This document shows positions 21,650-30,353 of a DNA stretch of 32,000 bases, one piece after another. The notes beneath the pieces were generated by a model. The model did no database searches. It worked only from the letters and a program-made list of their open reading frames with translations, and was not told the DNA's origin. Source of the stretch: Prochlorococcus marinus subsp. pastoris str. CCMP1986 (GTDB taxonomy: Bacteria; Cyanobacteriota; Cyanobacteriia; PCC-6307; Cyanobiaceae). The translations under genes were made by a program, and so were the position numbers. The stretch is from assembly GCF_000011465.1 (NCBI RefSeq), contig NC_005072.1, positions 780,001-812,000 of the forward strand, in the 5' to 3' direction. Positions within the stretch are counted from its first letter, which is position 1. Each line of letters begins with the position of its first letter.

Positions 21650-23074
21650 TTATCTCCCACCTACTGTTATGGAATCGACTTTAATATGTGGCTGACCTAC
21701 TGTTACATTAACGCTTCCGCTGACTGAACCACAAAAACCAGGAGCTAACTCTAAATCATTTCCACACATAGATATTTTTGGCATTACTTCTTTCGCGTCA
21801 CCTATTAATGTTGCTCCTTTTACTGGTTTAGTTAGTTTACCGTTCTTTATTAAATAACCTTCCTCAACAGCGAAATTAAATTGGCCTGTCGCTCCTACAC
21901 TTCCACCACCCATTGACTTACAGTAAAGACCATCGCTAATACTATTTATTAATTCTTCTTTAGTGAATTCACCTTTAGCTATATAAGTGTTTCTCATTCT
22001 TGATGCAGCAGCGAATGAATAATTTTGCCTTCTACCACTACCAGTTCTTTTGTGACCAGTCCTTAATTCACCAGCCCTGTCAGAAAGAAATTTCTTTAAT
22101 ATACCATCTTTAATAAGTATTGATTTTTCTGGTTCCATTCCTTCATCATCAATTGATAATGATCCGTAAGACCCTTCAGAAATGCCCTCATCTATTGCCG
22201 TCACAGATTCGTGAGCTATTTTTTCATTCAACTTATCACTAAATGGAGTTGTTCCACGTTCAATCTGAGTTGTTTCAAGTAAGTGCCCACAAGCCTCATG
22301 AAATATAACACCACCGAATTTATTAGCTAATACAACTGGCATTTGTCCAGCCTGAACATAATCTGCATACAACATATTCATTGAACTTTCATAAACTTCA
22401 TTTGAAGCTTTTTCATGATCCCATAATCTAAATTCATTAGGGATTCCATGCGATCCAAATCTTCTACTACCGTTCGATCTATATTGAGCGTCATTAGCAA
22501 TTATGTTAAGTCCTACCGTTTGATGCAGTCTTATATCAGTAGCGTAAGTTCCATCACTTGAAGCTATTATTACTTCCTGCCAATTTCTTGCATAACTACC
22601 TTTTCTAACAACTACTTTCTTATCCTTTTTTAATGATTTAGTGCTAAGTAATAATTTTTCGCTTACTTCATTTATTGTTGGCACTTCATTCAGATAATTA
22701 ATTTTTGATTTACTATAGTCTTTTAGTTTTTCAAGTCCATTAAAAATTAATTTATTAGTTTTTTTAGAGATATCTAACATTTCGATTGCTTGAGAAATAG
22801 ATCTCATTAATCCATGTTTCGACAAGTCATTAGTACTCACAAACCCATCTCTCTTGTCTTTAAATATTCTTATTCCAGCTCCTCTGCTGAATGATGGACT
22901 AACATTTGTAATAAAATCTTCTTCTGCGAGAACACTTGAATTATCAGAGTTTTCAATAAATAATTCTACAAAATCAGCACCTAGAGATATGCCATAGAAA
23001 ATGACTTCTTCAAGAAGTTTTTTATTACATTCACCAAATCTAATTTCGGAAGATTTAATACTCGCAGATACCAT
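21650..23074 (-). CDS. tldD: TldD-family metalloprotease
   Basis: Intact HExxxH motif in GGVIFHEACGHLLETTQIERG; C-terminal LAPGFCGSVSGSVNVTVGQPHIKVDSITVGG. Confidence 0.92.
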   Translation of the reverse strand: MVSASIKSSEIRFGECNKKLLEEVIFYGISLGADFVELFIENSDNSSVLAEEDFITNVSPSFSRGAGIRIFKDKRDGFVSTNDLSKHGLMRSISQAIEMLDISKKTNKLIFNGLEKLKDYSKSKINYLNEVPTINEVSEKLLLSTKSLKKDKKVVVRKGSYARNWQEVIIASSDGTYATDIRLHQTVGLNIIANDAQYRSNGSRRFGSHGIPNEFRLWDHEKASNEVYESSMNMLYADYVQAGQMPVVLANKFGGVIFHEACGHLLETTQIERGTTPFSDKLNEKIAHESVTAIDEGISEGSYGSLSIDDEGMEPEKSILIKDGILKKFLSDRAGELRTGHKRTGSGRRQNYSFAAASRMRNTYIAKGEFTKEELINSISDGLYCKSMGGGSVGATGQFNFAVEEGYLIKNGKLTKPVKGATLIGDAKEVMPKISMCGNDLELAPGFCGSVSGSVNVTVGQPHIKVDSITVGGR

Positions 23075-23111
23075 TTGAATCTTATAACTTTAGCTCTTTG
23101 TTAAGATCAGA

Positions 23112-24284
23112 TTATCTAATTGATGGTTGAAAATCATCACTTTCAAGAGGTTTTAATAAGTATAGTCTTATCAGTTGATAACCGTTTGAAATAAAGATGG
23201 GTAATTTAGATAATACTTTAATTACATTTGGATTTTCTTTCTTATCTATCTCTGATAAGCGAGTACCATTCTCAACTATTCTGTCTAATCTTTTGTAAAA
23301 AGATTTATCATATACATTTAAAACAACAGGAAATACTTTGGCGGAAGTTTCATTTGTTTTGTTAATGACAAATTGGTCATACTCTCTAGCGTTTAAACCT
23401 AGTGCTCCATAAAAATTTCTCTTGGTCCCAAGATCTCTTATGTACATAGTTGCAAAAACAGCTAGTAGAAAAAACCTAGACCATAATTTAGAAACTATAG
23501 GATGATTATTTAAAAAATATCTAAATCTATGGTAATAATCAAAAATTGGATGTTTCAGGGTATAACCAAAGATCTCAATTTTCTGGCTTAAACTTTTAAC
23601 CGTTCGAGGTTGTGCTTTCATTAATGCATCAAAGAAATCACCATGCCTATTTTCATCTTGACACCAATTTTCAAAGAAATTAAATAATGGAAAAATTTTA
23701 CCACTAGGATTTTTTTCAAGGTGCCTATAAATTGCTATATATCTCCAATATCCAATTTTTTCAGATATATAAGTAGCATAAAAAATTGCTCTTGGAGCAA
23801 AATAAGTATAATCCTTGTTGGCTGTTAGAAATCCTAAATCTAACTGTAATCCGAAGTCATTCATTGACTTATTCAAAAATCCCGCATGCCTTGCTTCATC
23901 CCTCGCCATATGAGCAAAACATTCAGCAAGAAGTGGATTTTTGTCTTTTATCCTTTTACTTAATTCTTTGTATAAGAGAAAGCCTGAAAATTCTGAAGTA
24001 CAACTTCCTTCCAGAAAATCTACAAAAAGTTCCCTGGTTTCAGCATCTATTTTATCTGCCGCCCCCTCAAATTCTTTATTTCGTACAAAGTGATGCCTAT
24101 TATAATCTTTTCTAAATTCTTCACATATTGCCTCCAATTCATCTTCATTAATTGATAAATCCATTTTTTCCATAGCTTCAAAATCAGTCGTGTAAAAATT
24201 TGGAGTTAATATCGTATCTTTTGCAATATCCTTCCCTCTATTAACAGATTTTTTATTATTTGATTCAATAGTTTGTTGTGCCAT
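23112..24284 (-). CDS. acsF: Magnesium-protoporphyrin IX monomethyl ester (oxidative) cyclase
   Basis: Diiron protein: [86 protein letters not shown]. Confidence 0.97.
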   Translation of the reverse strand: MAQQTIESNNKKSVNRGKDIAKDTILTPNFYTTDFEAMEKMDLSINEDELEAICEEFRKDYNRHHFVRNKEFEGAADKIDAETRELFVDFLEGSCTSEFSGFLLYKELSKRIKDKNPLLAECFAHMARDEARHAGFLNKSMNDFGLQLDLGFLTANKDYTYFAPRAIFYATYISEKIGYWRYIAIYRHLEKNPSGKIFPLFNFFENWCQDENRHGDFFDALMKAQPRTVKSLSQKIEIFGYTLKHPIFDYYHRFRYFLNNHPIVSKLWSRFFLLAVFATMYIRDLGTKRNFYGALGLNAREYDQFVINKTNETSAKVFPVVLNVYDKSFYKRLDRIVENGTRLSEIDKKENPNVIKVLSKLPIFISNGYQLIRLYLLKPLESDDFQPSIR

Positions 24285-24367
24285 TTTCTCTATTTCACTT
24301 CTACTATTATTTACTATTTATTGTATTTTTGAGTAAAAAGTTAACTAGGTGTTATTCTTTCATTTTT

Positions 24368-24919
24368 TTAATTAATACCAATTAATTTTTGTCCATTTAA
24401 TCTTTGCAGAATTCTAGAGATAATTAATTTAAGGGTTATTCTTTTTTCATCTATTAAAAACGATTCAATTACACTTGGTTTCTGATCAGATTTGCATAAT
24501 GAAATACTTTTTAACGAGCTTATATCGTCTTTTTCAAATGATAACCAAAAGTTGCAAATGTCTTTTATTTCGCAAAAAATAACCCAGCATTTATCGCCAG
24601 CAATTGGTCTTGATGTGTTTTTTAAATTTATATCTGCAACTTCTAATCCTCTTACTTTAAATTCCTGAATTATGGAAGGTAATAAATGATCATTAATAAA
24701 TTCATTAAAAGGTTTTTTTTCAATTGGAAGTTCCTTTTTTGGTTTTATTTTTAACGGTATTGAATTTTCGCCCCCAACTTTTTGTTTATTAGAATCTTGT
24801 GAATTTGCATTAATTAATGTAGATGTTTCTTTTGGACTATCAATATCAATAATATCCTTTTTTAAAGGATCATCTTCCCTTTTAATACTTTCTTCTATCG
24901 ATTCTACATTTTCTTCCAT
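24368..24919 (-). CDS. DUF2996-like conserved cyanobacterial protein
   Basis: KPFNEFINDHLLPSIIQEFKVRGLEVADINLKNTSRPIAGDKCWVIFCEIK...RNFWLSF-type region, C-terminal KLIISRILQRLNGQKLIG. Confidence 0.7.
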   Translation of the reverse strand: MEENVESIEESIKREDDPLKKDIIDIDSPKETSTLINANSQDSNKQKVGGENSIPLKIKPKKELPIEKKPFNEFINDHLLPSIIQEFKVRGLEVADINLKNTSRPIAGDKCWVIFCEIKDICNFWLSFEKDDISSLKSISLCKSDQKPSVIESFLIDEKRITLKLIISRILQRLNGQKLIGIN

Positions 24920-24995
24920 ATCAACAATTTAATATTATGTTAATTATAAATATAATCTAACCTGTTTTTATCAATATTTAAATTTAACCATATTT

Positions 24996-25451
24996 TTACC
25001 ACTCAGATTCATTATTGTTCCAATCATCATCATATTGTGAATTATTAATTTTCTGGTTTCTATCTTTTAATTCATTCTCACCATTATTTTTAATAACACG
25101 ATAATTAACAGAAATTGTGGGTTGAGGCTCTCGTAAATCTCTCTCAGGAGCAACCTCTAATAGTTCATCATCTTCTCTTTTTTCTGAATAATCATTATCA
25201 TCGGTTCTTTTATCATAACTTTCAGATATAGTTTTAGTTCTAATGTTATCGCTTAGTGTTGTGTTTAATATAGAACTCATAAATAAACCTGAAATAAAGG
25301 AAATAAATATTAATCTACCTATTGTTACTTCTTGAATATTCCAAATGAAATATCTAAACGAAGTTTTTTGTCTGTTATTTATTAATAATAAAATTTGAAT
25401 ACTAACAATTAAAAAAATAATTAATATTAAACTCTTTTTTTTATTATTCAT
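24996..25451 (-). CDS. Hypothetical membrane protein, possibly LapA-domain-like: two N-terminal TM segments and an acidic/Asn-rich tail
   Basis: KKKSLILIIFLIVSIQILLLINN...IGRLIFISFISGLFMSSIL followed by a charged tail. Confidence 0.5.
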   Translation of the reverse strand: MNNKKKSLILIIFLIVSIQILLLINNRQKTSFRYFIWNIQEVTIGRLIFISFISGLFMSSILNTTLSDNIRTKTISESYDKRTDDNDYSEKREDDELLEVAPERDLREPQPTISVNYRVIKNNGENELKDRNQKINNSQYDDDWNNNESEW

Positions 25452-25513
25452 TTTTAAAGTAAGTTATCTTTGATATCTGAATAGAAATTTGATAACTAAT
25501 AGATTTTCGATCA

Positions 25514-27733
25514 CTAAACTATTTCAAGGTCAATTTGATATTTTAGAATATCTACTTTAATAATTTTGATATCTATTACATCACCTATCTTGTATGAGTT
25601 TTTGGACTTTCTTCCAATTAATAGATTTTGCCTAGATCTATATTCGTACCAATCATTACTAAGAGTACTTACATGTACTAAACCTTCAACATATAATTCT
25701 GGAATCTCTACAAAAAATCCATAACTTTGAACTGCCATTATTAAACCACTATATTTATTTCCTATAAACTTTTCGGCTTTTCTTACTTTTTTTATAGTTA
25801 TCATATTAGATTTAAACTGTCTAACTTTATTCTTATACTCATTAATTTTATCGATCATTACACTATTAAATAATAAATCTAATGATTTTAATGTTGATGA
25901 ATTATACAAACGCCAAGTAACATTTTCCCAAGATTCTTTTTCCATAATATTTATCAAATTACCACCACTACTTTTATTTCTTTTCCCATTAATTATCATA
26001 TTATAAATATTATATTGATTCATTAAATTAGTAAAATCAAATGAGGGTAATGTCCAAGGTGAAATAATATTTTTAGAATCATCTATAGTATTATCATTAG
26101 AAATTAATGTTACTTCATTATCCCTAACAACATTAAATAATATTTTATGCAAGATTCTTTTTTTATTATCATCAGTGCATAACTCAACTAATTTCTTAAA
26201 TGATAGAGTGCCATTATCATTAAGTTCTATATTACTATCAATTAATTCTGAATTTTTTATAATTTCAGTGACATTTATATAATCTAATTCTTGAGAAATA
26301 TATGATGCATTATTCAATCCATAATTATTTGAATGATTGAACCATATTGAATTCGCCTCGTACAACAAAGGTGAAAGATATGTTTGGATGTCATTATTAT
26401 TTAATGGTTCAAAATATTCCTTTGAGAACTCAGCTGGGTTGTGAACTAATATTTCTTTTAATGATTCAATATTATTATTCGACTTCGGTAATTCAATTTT
26501 CCCATCCAATAATTGATTCTTTCTAAATTCATTTGAGATTTCTATTATTTTATCTAAATCTTCTATGTAGTCTTTAATTGGTTTAAGTATTCTTGAGGTG
26601 ATTCGAGCTTTACTTTTTCTAGTTAGAAGAGCATCTATATGTTGATTTTCCACTAACAGTGAACATTTTACTTTTGTTAAGTGGAACGACCAATTAATTA
26701 TTTCATTCTCACTATTCATTTCTATACACAAACTAATAGCATCATTAATTTCGTTTATATTAAATTTTGCAGCATTACATATTTCATCACTAAGATAGTT
26801 TTGCCATTTTTCTAGTAAGGGAAATGACTCAAATCTATCAAAAAATATTTGTAAGGATTTTTTATTAATTAGATCTAATCTTTCTGCAATTGTATTGGTA
26901 TGTATCCAAAGTTTATAGGAATTGTTTTTAATTTTATCTATTTGAAAAATTGGCAGTATTGGCGAATTTTCAGTTTCCCAACTTTTGAACATATAAGAAT
27001 TTTTACTTGATAGATCTAGTCTTTGCTGTTGATTGCTAACAGTAAGCTTTGGATTTTGAACGTTAGCAATTCTATGAATATTGCTTTTGGATAATACGAA
27101 ATCTGTATCAAGCTTTTCGTTGTTATTTAATGTTAATTCCTTTATGACATGACCATTACCTTCTTGTTGGGCAATTGGAAATAAATCAATTTCAATTTTT
27201 ACTATATTTTTATTAATAGGATTATATTTATATTTTTCATCTTTTTTGGGAAGCTTGATTTTAGCTAAAATTCTGTCATCAATAGGTATTCCATAAACTT
27301 CGTCTTTAATTATTTCGACTTTTGCTAATAGTATTTGATTAGTTCTTTCAAGTATGCAATCAACAACCCCTTCAGGTGATCTTCTTCTTACACCATCTTT
27401 GATTATTCTTACTAAAACTTTATCTCCATTCCATGCATAGTTTAGTAAATTTTCTTTTATATAAATATCTTCATTGTTATTTTCTCTAACTGCAAAGCAA
27501 TAACCCTTGCTACTGCATCTAATTTTAGCAACTAAGTGATTACTCTCTTTGACGTTGAAATATTCATTATCTTTGTTTTTATTTATTATTTCAAGTTCTT
27601 CTAATGCTCGCAATGCTATATCTAATTTGGCCTTGTCAGTTTTTTTTGATAAATTTAATAATCTGCATAATTTCTTATATTCCAAACCTTCTTCCTGGTT
27701 TAAATTTTCAATTATTGAAGAAGTTGAAAACAT
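25514..27733 (-). CDS. RNase II/R (RNB)-family protein, Zam-like, apparently lacking canonical catalytic motifs
   Basis: N-terminal cold-shock/OB-like region (GYCFAVRENNNEDIYIKENLLNYAWNGDKVLVRI), RNB-like core (YKLWIHTNTIAERLDLINKKSLQIF), C-terminal S1 domain (YSGLIMAVQSYGFFVEIPELYVEGLVHVSTL). Confidence 0.75.
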   Translation of the reverse strand: MFSTSSIIENLNQEEGLEYKKLCRLLNLSKKTDKAKLDIALRALEELEIINKNKDNEYFNVKESNHLVAKIRCSSKGYCFAVRENNNEDIYIKENLLNYAWNGDKVLVRIIKDGVRRRSPEGVVDCILERTNQILLAKVEIIKDEVYGIPIDDRILAKIKLPKKDEKYKYNPINKNIVKIEIDLFPIAQQEGNGHVIKELTLNNNEKLDTDFVLSKSNIHRIANVQNPKLTVSNQQQRLDLSSKNSYMFKSWETENSPILPIFQIDKIKNNSYKLWIHTNTIAERLDLINKKSLQIFFDRFESFPLLEKWQNYLSDEICNAAKFNINEINDAISLCIEMNSENEIINWSFHLTKVKCSLLVENQHIDALLTRKSKARITSRILKPIKDYIEDLDKIIEISNEFRKNQLLDGKIELPKSNNNIESLKEILVHNPAEFSKEYFEPLNNNDIQTYLSPLLYEANSIWFNHSNNYGLNNASYISQELDYINVTEIIKNSELIDSNIELNDNGTLSFKKLVELCTDDNKKRILHKILFNVVRDNEVTLISNDNTIDDSKNIISPWTLPSFDFTNLMNQYNIYNMIINGKRNKSSGGNLINIMEKESWENVTWRLYNSSTLKSLDLLFNSVMIDKINEYKNKVRQFKSNMITIKKVRKAEKFIGNKYSGLIMAVQSYGFFVEIPELYVEGLVHVSTLSNDWYEYRSRQNLLIGRKSKNSYKIGDVIDIKIIKVDILKYQIDLEIV

Positions 27734-27806
27734 AATATCTTTTAATTAGCTGATAACATATATTCATATTATATCTTGCTTTTTAATCAAAAAACGATTT
27801 AATATT

Positions 27807-28106
27807 TCATTGATTATTATCATTTTCTTTTGATGTAAATGAATTTACGAATAGTCTAATACCAATAATAAAAAAGGTTATAGATGCTATCGATTTTAAA
27901 ATGATTTCTGGTAAAAAATTTGATATTGATCCGCCTGCTAGCGCTCCTACTAAACTTGCTAAAACTAGAGCTGATGAGGAACCTAAAAATACCGCTAGAG
28001 GTTTATTGGATGTCCCACTCATCGTTAACGTAGCTAATTGCGTTTTGTCACCTAGTTCGGCAATAAATATTGTTATGAATGTTGATAGTAGTAAACTTAA
28101 AATCAT
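27807..28106 (-). CDS. GDT1/UPF0016-family cation transporter, half-size, copy 2
   Basis: Single ExGDKT motif: FITIFIAELGDKTQLATLTMSG; three hydrophobic helices in 99 aa. Confidence 0.85.
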   Translation of the reverse strand: MILSLLLSTFITIFIAELGDKTQLATLTMSGTSNKPLAVFLGSSSALVLASLVGALAGGSISNFLPEIILKSIASITFFIIGIRLFVNSFTSKENDNNQ

Positions 28107-28107
28107 T

Positions 28108-28434
28108 TTAAAATACGGGTTTTAAAATGTCATAAGCTAAAAATATACTTATGATCATCATTAATAAACCTGTAAAAAACGCAAATTTGTTTGGAGATAT
28201 TTTATTTGACAACCATTTTCCAATTAATACACCTACTAGGCTAGAACTTATTAAAGCTATTGAACTTCCGATAAAAACAATAATTGGTTTTCCAGACTCT
28301 GCAGATAACATTAGAGTCGCTATTTGAGTTTTATCTCCCAATTCAGCGATAAAAATAGTAGTAAAAGTTGTTATAAAAATAGATGAAAAATTCTTTTCAA
28401 CATTTTTGCCTTCTTTTTCTAGGTTAATATTCAT
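28108..28434 (-). CDS. GDT1/UPF0016-family cation transporter, half-size, copy 1
   Basis: Single ExGDKT motif: FTTIFIAELGDKTQIATLMLSAESGKPIIVFIGSS; 108 aa, paralogous to the adjacent ORF. Confidence 0.85.
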   Translation of the reverse strand: MNINLEKEGKNVEKNFSSIFITTFTTIFIAELGDKTQIATLMLSAESGKPIIVFIGSSIALISSSLVGVLIGKWLSNKISPNKFAFFTGLLMMIISIFLAYDILKPVF

Positions 28435-28778
28435 TTTCTTGAAATAGCAGATTTAAAGTCCTTCATTTGTTCACTTTTGCTTCCATAAATAGAAGATATA
28501 TGTTGTGTACAACAATCAATTAGGAATTTATCACCATTTATTAAATACTTTTTGAATGCTGAAGAAAATTCATTTACACGGCAGAAATGTGGTCTTGATT
28601 CATAAATCATGCATTTTCTGCTTGATCTATCAAGATATTTACACCATCCGTCTTTGCTTTTCATGGAATTTATTAATGCTATATCTTTGTTACTAAGTAC
28701 ACCTGATAAGTTATCTCTATCATTTAAATCTAAATGGCAACAAGCTCCACAATTTTCTATACAACTCCATGACTTCAT
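28431..28778 (-). CDS. YkgJ-like (UPF0153) cysteine-cluster protein
   Basis: CIENCGACCHLD...GWCKYLDRSSRKCMIYESRPHFCRV, the typical zinc/iron-chelating Cys pattern. Confidence 0.88.
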   Translation of the reverse strand: MKSWSCIENCGACCHLDLNDRDNLSGVLSNKDIALINSMKSKDGWCKYLDRSSRKCMIYESRPHFCRVNEFSSAFKKYLINGDKFLIDCCTQHISSIYGSKSEQMKDFKSAISRK

Positions 28779-28859
28779 AATTTAATTCAATCTTGTAACG
28801 TATTGGTACAGTTGAAAGGTTTATTTGTAAAAATAGTATCACATCATATAATTATTCAC

Positions 28860-28937
28860 ATGGCAACCCTTATTCCTTTAGCCGTAGTTGCGTTAGCTGG
28901 ACCTGCAATAATTGCGCTTGTTTTTTTTCGCAAATAA
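28860..28937 (+). CDS. psb30: Photosystem II protein Psb30 (Ycf12), 25 aa, absent from the ORF track
   Basis: ATG 28860 to TAA 28935-28937: MATLIPLAVVALAGPAIIALVFFRK, a single TM with the LAGP-IIALxxxRK pattern of Ycf12. Confidence 0.72.
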   Translation: MATLIPLAVVALAGPAIIALVFFRK

Positions 28938-28958
28938 AAATATATTCTTTAACTCTTA

Positions 28959-29708
28959 GTGACTTACCTTGAGGGTGTTTATTGGGATTTAGATGGAACA
29001 ATTGCTAATACTGAATTAGAAGCTCATTTGCCAGCTTTCAATTTTGCTTTTAAGGATTTCAATCTTAATTGGAATTGGGATAGATCTACATATTTAGACC
29101 TTTTAAAAATAAATGGAGGTAAAAATAGAATTTCTTATTATTCAAAGTTAATAAATAAATCTTTGAATAATAAAGAAGTAAAAGAAATTCATGAACGAAA
29201 ACAATATCATTATATTAATTATGTAAAAAAAAATAATGTGGTATCACTTAAAACCGGTGTATATAGATTAATTAAGGAATTAAAGAAAAAAAAAGTAAGA
29301 CAATTTGTGGTTACTTCTAGCTCTAAGAATCAAGCCAAACTTATAATTAATCAATTATTTATAGAATTTAATCCATTTGAATTTATTATTTCAAGTGATG
29401 ATGTTCACTTTCATAAACCAAACCCTCTACCTTATTTAAAAGCGATGAAATTAAGCGGTATAAAATTTAATAAATCTATAGTTTTTGAAGATTCTATTCC
29501 TGGGCTTAAATCATCTTTAGCAGCTAAATTACCCACTATTTACGTTCCTTCAAATATACCTGCGGTTATGGAGAAGGATATGAATTTAGACTGTTATGTA
29601 GATAGTCTTGGAAATGAAAGTTGTAAGGCTAATGTTATTAAGGGACCTGAACTTAATAATAATTATGTTGATTGCGCTTATTTGGAAAAATATTTGATGA
29701 CATTTTAA
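28959..29708 (+). CDS. HAD-superfamily hydrolase, CbbY/beta-phosphoglucomutase-like (GTG start)
   Basis: WDLDGTIANTE (motif I), VTSSSKNQAK (motif II), HKPNPLPYLKAM and FEDSIPGLKSSLAAKLPTIYVPS (motifs III/IV). Confidence 0.9.
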   Translation: MTYLEGVYWDLDGTIANTELEAHLPAFNFAFKDFNLNWNWDRSTYLDLLKINGGKNRISYYSKLINKSLNNKEVKEIHERKQYHYINYVKKNNVVSLKTGVYRLIKELKKKKVRQFVVTSSSKNQAKLIINQLFIEFNPFEFIISSDDVHFHKPNPLPYLKAMKLSGIKFNKSIVFEDSIPGLKSSLAAKLPTIYVPSNIPAVMEKDMNLDCYVDSLGNESCKANVIKGPELNNNYVDCAYLEKYLMTF

Positions 29709-29709
29709 A

Positions 29710-30036
29710 ATGCAAAAAACAAAATTTTCAAAAATTAATGATCAATTTAATAATTTATTGTTTGGTTTTTTAAGCTCTTCTTGGAAATCAAAATCTATTA
29801 ATGTTATTTCTGTATTGACAGGTTATTTTTTATTTGCAAATTTTGCTACAAAATTCATATCTGAAGGTAAAAATGAATTAATAATGGTTCCTATAATAAT
29901 ATTAATTATTGAACTTATAATTAGAATTAGGCCACCTGCTGGTTCTAGTTTCTTTAACTTGTGGTCAATAATTGATAAGGCTCGAATTGGAGCAACTTAT
30001 GCTGTGATACTTGAGGCTTTTAAACTAGGTTCTTAG
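29710..30036 (+). CDS. ycf20: Ycf20-like protein
   Basis: LLFGFLSSSWKSKSINVISVLTGYFLFANFATKF...IRPPAGSSFFNLWSIIDKARIGATYAVILEAFKLGS. Confidence 0.82.
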   Translation: MQKTKFSKINDQFNNLLFGFLSSSWKSKSINVISVLTGYFLFANFATKFISEGKNELIMVPIIILIIELIIRIRPPAGSSFFNLWSIIDKARIGATYAVILEAFKLGS

Positions 30037-30041
30037 CAAAA

Positions 30042-30218
30042 TTATTCTTCACTTTCCTCTTCTTCGTCAATAGGATATACAAATCCTTGTGCTTTACCTG
30101 TTAAAACAGATTTACCTAGTGACATTGCTTTTTGAGCAGCTAATGCTGCTTTACCTTTCCAAACAGCATGTCGATGATTTCTCTTGCTCTTTGATTTTTT
30201 CTTCTTTGGAACAGCCAT
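30042..30218 (-). CDS. rpmF: 50S ribosomal protein L32, 58 aa, absent from the ORF track
   Basis: Reverse-strand translation: [58 protein letters not shown]. Confidence 0.95.
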
Positions 30219-30353
30219 ACTAATTTCTTATATCCTTCTATTAATATAACCTTTCAATGGTTATCTCTCAAATATTTGAGTATATTTGTTTTAAATAATG
30301 CAATTCTTAATCTGAGCTTTTAAGCTTTAGTTATTATATTTTATTGAAGATTA

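Noticed and set aside
21650-23074. Checked TldD for the kind of catalytic loss seen in the FtsH homologue
   Set aside because: The HExxxH motif (HEACGH) is intact, so the enzyme appears normal.
15214-28125. Other antisense ORFs: 15214..15399, 18646..18873, 19658..19936, 23786..24115, 27549..27749, 27901..28125
   Set aside because: Each is fully or almost fully contained within a well-supported gene on the other strand (mfd, terC, fmt, acsF, RNB-family, GDT1).
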